Positions 58,101 to 64,000 of a stretch of DNA of 64,000 bases are shown here, in pieces. Every line of letters starts with the position of its first letter. The first letter of the stretch is position 1. The notes under the pieces are model-generated. The model saw only the letters and a list, made by a program, of their open reading frames with translations. It made no database searches and was not told where the DNA came from. Source of the stretch: Phoronis australis (taxonomy: Eukaryota; Animalia; Phoronida); contig NMRA01000408.1 in the NCBI GenBank assembly GCA_002633005.1, positions 124,001 to 188,000 of the forward strand. The letters are read 5' to 3'. Made by a program: the position numbers and the translations under genes.

Positions 58101-60163
58101 TGTGTTAGAAGCTAATGGTGAGGACCTTTACACTGTGGCAGTTCGTCCACACGGCATATTTGGCCCACGTGACCCACAGATGTTACCGACGACCGTGCAG
58201 GTGGCCAGAGCTGGAAAAATGAAGTTCATGATCGGGTATGAAATAATTCATATTGTACTCATCCGGACTAATTCTCCGTATGCTTAAATCAAAAAAATCA
58301 AAAATCAGGGGTGACGCGGCGTGAAGCCAAACGTGGACGTTAACTTTTAGAATTATTTAAGTTTTCCTTGCTAGGAGGAGGCTGTCGATTGGAAGTTAAG
58401 AGACAGTGTTGAAGTGTGACCTTCCTATTGAGCCTGAACGAGCGGGGATTAAAGGTGTTTGACCTTCCTATTGAGCCTGAATGTTTTCTTATGTTTTTTT
58501 CATTGTCCAAGTGTTAAGGAATCCTGAATAATCAATTCTTTTGTTTGGAGATTACCTTTGGATTGCAATTCACTTATTGTGCTTTTAGTCTAGGAAGGCC
58601 TGTGTTATCAAGGGTTGTAAGGTCCAAATAAGGCGGTTATTATCAAGTTATTGCAAACGTGATGCTGAGTTTTGATATGAAAGATTAATGTTAAAGTTGA
58701 TAGTTTTTCATATTCATCCTTAACATCGACCTTTGTGAGTCCCGTTAGTGAGCTATGCACAAATCGACATCAAGCGTTACAGTCGTTTTAGCCAAGACCG
58801 GACTTACATCCTTTAGTGAAACAACTAGGCCCCCTAGTGAGTATTAAGCGCAGTTTGGCAAGTCGCTGCAGAACACTATGCTTGATTACCATCAATTCTA
58901 CTCAGCTGTGTCTTACTTGTAGAAACGGCAAGAATTTGGTGGATTTTACCTACATTGACAACGTGGTCCACGGCCACGTTATGGCTGCGGAGGCTCTCTA
59001 CTCGGGGTCACCGGCTCTTGGGAAGGTAACGTTTGACTTATTGCAGCACCAATTGCCTGTTCTTAGACTAAAATCTAATTTGTGTGAACAACTTGTTGCA
59101 GACTAGTATTCGTATTTGTTGGGATAGGCACGTTAAAACACTAACTTCAATAAGCTAACATTCTCCAATGTAGGGCGCAATATAATGGAACTGAAGTAGA
59201 TTTTTTCATAACAGAGAGAAATATAACCTAATGTCCTGTTCCTTAGCTCCACCATCAGACAAGGCTTCGTGAAACTGCAGAATTTGAAGCGTTGCGATAG
59301 TTTAACAAACAATTTTGGCAATCACTTTTGCTGGATAGTGATAGTTTTCAGTACTTACAGGTACTTAAAGTGGCATTAAGCTGGTGGCGTTTTGTCAAAA
59401 ACAAGTTTTTATTTAGGACGCTTACCCTTACCATTGGTCTTGCCTTGTTTCTTGCTCGGTGTGCAAGTGATCTCTGGGCTTGGCAAGAACCAACAGATCA
59501 TTACTTCTTCAGACCAAGGTCATGAACTTTCAGGTCACGGCGTGACCTCAGATTTCATGACCTTGGTCTGAAGAATGAAGAAACTGTCTCTGAAATCACC
59601 ACTTGGAAACAATTTGAGACCAATTTCCTAATAATTAGTGGACCAGGTGTAAATCAGTTTTTGTGGTCGATGGCAGGTTTCTAGTCACTTTTGTTTGCGT
59701 GGCTCTAGATGTGTTTCCATGGAGAAGTGTAAATGCAGCGTGAGAAGTACGGTAATTAGTTTATTGACTAAATCAAACTGCACGGTTGCTCTATTCTTGA
59801 TATATTGCTACTTTATTTTTATTTCAGGCGTATTTCATCACAAATGATGAGCCGATTCCATTTTGGGAGTTTATGTCTCGTCTTCTGATCGGCCTGAACT
59901 ATGCTCCTCCCAAGATACCGCTGCCTTACTACCTAATCTATTTCATTGCCATAGTAATACAGTTTGTTGCCATGGTGATAAAGCCAATCAAGGAAATCAA
60001 GCCAACATTTTCACCGATGAGAGTTGCCCTGGCTGGCACCTTCCACTATTACAGCTGTGAACGGGCCAAGACAGATTTAGGATACAAACCCTTAGTTTCA
60101 TTAGATCGAGCCATTGAGTTGACTTTGGACAGTTTTTCACATTTAAAAAATCCCAATTCATAA
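42961..60163 (+). CDS. NSDHL: Sterol-4-alpha-carboxylate 3-dehydrogenase (decarboxylating), 343 aa
   Basis: Exons 42961-42981, 43695-43853, 45658-45804, 46567-46695, 58099-58235, 58923-59025, 59828-60163 (1032 nt): [12 protein letters not shown] (Rossmann), [33 protein letters not shown] (YxxxK), [61 protein letters not shown]. Confidence 0.96.
46490..46554. repeat. 18-bp minisatellite (GACCTAGTTATAAAGTGT-like, ~4 units)
   Basis: Visible tandem units immediately upstream of the NSDHL exon 4 acceptor. Confidence 0.8.
49945..50070. repeat. 15-17 bp minisatellite (GAGTCATTTTGAAC core, ~8 units)
   Basis: Directly visible tandem units. Confidence 0.9.
52459..52566. repeat. 26-bp minisatellite CAAAGTAACAATATCAATAACATGAA x4
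   Basis: Four identical units. Confidence 0.95.
53615..55198 (+). CDS. Intronless LRR + Ig-domain type I transmembrane protein (LIG/kekkon-like architecture), 527 aa, nested in NSDHL intron 4
   Basis: Signal peptide, LRRNT (CPTQCMC..VVC), ~7 LxxLxLxxN repeats, LRRCT (NRWHCNC..W..VVCNSP..L..FKCFPP), I-set Ig ([33 protein letters not shown]), Ser/Thr stalk, TM ([23 protein letters not shown]), tail ending DIYV; AATAAA at ~55896. Confidence 0.92.
   Translation: MYINYSGARFVSAFLCLILAPVTIISSCPTQCMCNNGRVVCQQGISGIPVGIPVDVMALVLMGTNREPNRIFTITEDALLPFTDLMELYLAHSQVQVIEFSAFHELKFLRRLRLNDNQITTFHTKTFNGLNNLSELYLSGNPVGTIEPGTFIGLKNLAKLYLSSMELKSLSDDLFTDLESLVLLDLNSNNLKSLSSKTFVSLKLLAFLDLSYNSLITIPQNMNSVFSNLQYLYLSGNRWHCNCHLAWFKTLPSGFLFDGSHYEVVCNSPASLQYHTIHHLPVADFKCFPPAAIDCKRKIHRATVGNNVTMGCTVQGDPTPEMWWITADNVKVTLTSGVVGNYVLLENGTLLVHDVQAVNGGVYSLRAINSEGSLELNLILNVTELPTAVTTTTSDLSTVVFETTSVTVGRATSVQAKHNVLNTTVSLSSAQASSSTERVSFGDKTTVPQPSAPSVGTEEPDSSLVLGILIPLLLIILGLLLGIVVYKKVLRKNKISMSPSTNGNTTIRNSCGNSLPNVPAGSSDIYV
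59505..59575. repeat. 71-nt near-perfect hairpin in NSDHL intron 6
   Basis: 22-bp perfect arms TTCTTCAGACCAAGGTCATGAA / TTCATGACCTTGGTCTGAAGAA plus inner AGGTCACG/CGTGACCT. Confidence 0.9.
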
Positions 60164-62222
60164 CGGTTAATTTTCATATGACTGTCAATAGGTTAACACA
60201 TTACAAAGACTAGCTGATGTGTGATGCTCTTGATTGTGGAACTCTCATAGATCATTCAAGAATCTTTTTGTGCTGAAAGATGAGGTGCAAGTGAATGTTC
60301 ACGCTCACCAGTGAGTATGCATCAGATTTTTCATAATCTTTGTTCCTTGCATATCTAGAAGTTCCAGTAAAATAATGTAAAATTTTTTTGGTCGTCATTG
60401 ATTATGTAATAACAGGCTGATTAGCTAATTTGTAATTTGATGTCAAAATTAATAATTTTTATATATATCTATTAAAATCATTATTTGTGCTGGTTGTGTT
60501 TTATATCCAAATGGCGGTGAAATGAAGATTCATTTCCATAATCATTTTACATTCATCACTCAGGACACAGTAGCGACATCTATTGCTAAGGAATGTAGAT
60601 AATCACTTACTTAGAGATGATTCATGTTAGCTGCAGACGTTTCAGCCTGGTCCACCAGGTCTTTTTTGATGAGTGAGAGGTTTCCCGCCTTTCGCTTATT
60701 ACGAAAAATAATGTAGTGTACACTCATAATTGCCCAATTGCATGAATGATTGCACATAACAACTAAAACATTTTTACAGTCTAGACATTTATTCTGAATA
60801 CACTAAAAGTGTTAAACATTACATTTACAGTACACAAATTCTCTTTTTAAAACAAGTATGAGATTACTTTATTGTACATTATCATGAAGACCCATGCAGC
60901 TCTATATTAGCTCAATGAAGATGAAATCACAATTTCAAATTTAAATCGAGTTAGTGGTACTGAATCCTCCGATAGAAATAAACTATTCGGTTCTTGATTT
61001 GATGATGTGAACTTAGAACGCTTAACTTGCCGGATTAAAACAGCAAAACGAAGATATTCAAAGATGGTGCGACATGGGCCTTCAATAACAATTGTTTTGT
61101 AGAATTTATGTTTTTAAGACTACCAATCGGCATGTCAGACTTCTGTAGCAAGAGGGGCAAACAATAAGACATAATTACCTGGAGTTTGTGCGTTTGGCGA
61201 TAACAATTCATTGGTGTCTTGTCAACTTGTGTTTGACAATAACCAAGAATAAGTCGCATTTCGCTAGTCCAAAAGAGTTGATTATCATGGCCGCGGTATT
61301 AGATATGAATGCCTCATAAATACAATGCTGTTTTTACAAGAGTTGCCCGTGAAAAACGTAGTACAACCCTTTTCTTAGTACAGAAAAACTCGCAAAAGTT
61401 ACAAGTTTACTCAATTTGAACAAGGTCCTGACTAGAGGTAAAATAATCTTGATCTGTTCACATGAGTCAAATTACTGCCTCTGATAAAATCTCGCTTTAG
61501 TTGAAACCAACTATAAATACGAATCAGTAGGTAAAAAGGAGGCTTCCATGTGACAATGGAGACATATCTAGACCACTGCAATCTGACGTCAATGAAAACT
61601 TTCTCAGCATGACATATCCTTTGACGCTGCTCAGGCACATAACGCTTAATCGTCGTGAGAGACCGTCCGGAGTTGGTATATGGTGCAACTTAGGACGGTC
61701 TGGGCTCAACAGAAAACCACAGTTCAACTGTGAGTCTACACCAATGTGATAAACGAGAGTAGTTCTACTTGCTGCATCAGCTGCAGGTATGCTTATCTCT
61801 TTTATGACACACAATGTGTGACTGGCAAAGCGTTTTCAAAATAATGTGGATAAATCAGTGGAGTGTGAGACCCCTGAGGTCCCTGTCAAGTCCTCACGGC
61901 AATTTTACGTTATGATCCTTTTTTCACCCCACTAAGTGACTCTCAGTTTAGATGAGAATAAAATGCATGATTTTGGCATAACTATAATTCCTATAAACAA
62001 AAATAGATTGTCATTTACATAAATCTAAACACTCCCACTCTTATTAAGTATGATTAAAATAATACAAATAATCTGTTAGTGTCACACCTGATACAATGAA
62101 ATGGTTATAGCATAATAAGAACTATGAGTAAAAATATAAAATACATATCTACTAAATGGCTACTCACATAAACCTGTGCACAAATAAATTTAAACCTTTG
62201 AAAATTTCAATGAAATACTATT

Positions 62223-62861
62223 CATGTGCGCACCCAGGGGGTGGGGGGCTCGGATGAGCCCCCCCCCCATTTGGCGAAGTGAGCAAAAAGGTCCGCCTCA
62301 GACAGACAAAAAGTCCGAAAAAGTAGAAAATGAGGCAAATGTCCACTAAAAAGGCATATGCGCAATTCATAGTTGTGAAAGTTTCAAAAGTCCCGTTTAG
62401 ACATCAACTTTCGTCCCGGTGCAACTGACACGAAGCGAATTGACCCGTGTCAAGCAGCTGTTTACACACACAACTCACTAACCGTGGCAAGAAAATTAAA
62501 GGCTGGAGAGACAGGATCGCACATGCGCAGGTTTACAAATGACGAAAGTTGCAGAGACAAAGAACCCGTAAGTACGTCATTGCACAAGCGCAGTAGAGAT
62601 GATCCTTTCCGCCTTACTCCAGTTCGGCGTTTAGACACGGCGCAAATGTTCGGGCGCAAATTACTCTACCTCACAAACGGGTGGCAAAAATTTGTCATCG
62701 CAGTGTCAATTTGTTCTGTGTCAGTCCGTTTACACACTGGAACTACTTGTTCTGTGTCAGCTGATCCGTGTCAACTTTGTAAGTGTAAAAAAGCACTTTA
62801 GTAAAAGGTCCACATTCTCAAAAATTCGAGCACCCCCATTTTTAGGCTGGGTGCGCACATG
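62223..62861 (+). mobile_element. MITE family A, copy 3, with a ~400-bp nested insertion
   Basis: Perfect 15-bp TIRs CATGTGCGCACCCAG (62223-62237) / CTGGGTGCGCACATG (62847-62861); segment ~62388-62797 (GTCCCGTTTAGAC..GTGTAAAAAAGCAC) is absent from the 29569 copy. Confidence 0.8.
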
Positions 62862-63125
62862 CTGTTGCATAACCTATAATGAAAAAATAGATTGCTTCCT
62901 TCAAAATTATAGACGTCATGAACTGTTATACAACAGGTAAAAAGTAATTAAAATGAAACCACATAAAGTCTTGTACAATCACTGGCATCACAATTCTGCG
63001 CCTCCTGAAACAACTACTAACACTTCAATCAAAACCAAGCAAAGGTCAAAGGTCATGTTGCCACTCCAAACTTGTATGGACGCTGAAGAAACCTGTGTCT
63101 ATCACGCTGTTTGCTGTCACGCATG

Positions 63126-63884
63126 CTAGTTGTTCTTGTTGGTTTCAAAATACATGAAATCTACCAAGAAGGTGGCGCCAAACAAGATGGCCTTTTGCTG
63201 GACATCCATGTCAGGAGGGACTACAAGACAAAGCAAGTCATGACAATTGGTCGTTCGTCGAAGGCTGCTATATTTGCCTCATGTAACATTCTCAAATACA
63301 TACTTTAAACAAATTTTACTACAACATGGACACATCATCGGGGATCTACAATAGTCGGGACGCTTGTATAGACCCGCTAGGTAGAACATCAAAGTGAGTG
63401 AAAATGAAACAACTGTGAAAATACATACTGTAATCAACTGAAGAAATGGCATGAAGGTTGGGACATTAGTTCTGACGGTGCATGTGATTCTGTGGAAACT
63501 AAGGGCTTGAGTGCCGACAAAGAGCTTTTAACTGAACTTCCTACCTCAAGTGAACGACATCTGACACCTCATGTCAAAGTATGAGCAACTGAATGAAGAA
63601 TTCAATTGTTTTTTCACGCCTTGATGTGAGCTGTCAGCTCGGGTATAGTTCACTTGAGTCTGTAGGTATCTGTCTGCACTGGTGGCCTACGAAATAACTT
63701 ACACAGTCACTGTGTGAACATGAGAATTTGTAACATGTTCAGATGTTTAGACTACTAACACCGTTGCAATGACTACACACTTACACTGAACGCTGAAGTC
63801 GTTGACGCCCCCGCATATCTCACGTGCCCCTCCCCAGTGTTTGACGATGGCTCCAATTTCCTGGGTTTTGTCAGGGTTCAACAC
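63126..63884 (-). CDS. PLSCR: Phospholipid scramblase family protein, last two coding exons
   Basis: Exons 63884-63785 and 63220-63126: VLNPDKTQEIGAIVKHWGGAREICGGVNDFSVQFPPDMDVQQKAILFGATFLVDFMYFETNKNN*, the scramblase C-terminal signature (K.W.G..E....dnF.vqFP.D.DV..KA.l.GA.FL.DFM.FE). Confidence 0.9.
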
Positions 63885-63896
63885 CTGAAATACACA

Positions 63897-64000
63897 CAAA
63901 ATTATGGAAGGCCAAACAAAATTATGGAAGGCCAAACAAAATTATGGAAGGCCAAACAAAATTATGGAAGGACAAACAAAATTATGGAAGGCCAAACAAA
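63897..64000. repeat. 20-bp minisatellite CAAAATTATGGAAGGCCAAA, at least 5 units (runs off edge)
   Basis: Directly visible; lies just upstream of the scramblase exon acceptor. Confidence 0.95.

Overview
Eukaryotic (metazoan, probably invertebrate) intron-rich, AT-rich genomic DNA; the six-frame ORF track mostly shows exon fragments. Gene models were assembled by hand from GT-AG sites and reading-frame phase, in this order: 5' part of eIF5B (-, runs off the left edge); an unnamed single-sushi/CCP type I membrane protein (+); a disrupted ~850-codon repeat-protein reading frame (-); COMMD6 (-, COMM-domain exons missing at a single-N gap) head-to-head with CLN5 (+), with only 40 nt between the ATGs and tandem MiT/TFE (CLEAR/M-box) motifs; centrin (-) head-to-head with NSDHL (+), as in human CETN2/NSDHL; an intronless LRR-Ig transmembrane gene nested on the same strand inside NSDHL intron 4; and the last two exons of a phospholipid scramblase (-, enters from the right edge). 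Also several MITE-like elements, minisatellites and three single-N gaps (14396, 24346, 49149), one of which splits a 1.5 kb probably allelic duplication. No prokaryotic systems, CRISPR arrays, rRNA or tRNA were recognised. Gene names come from recognising motifs by eye, not from database searches.
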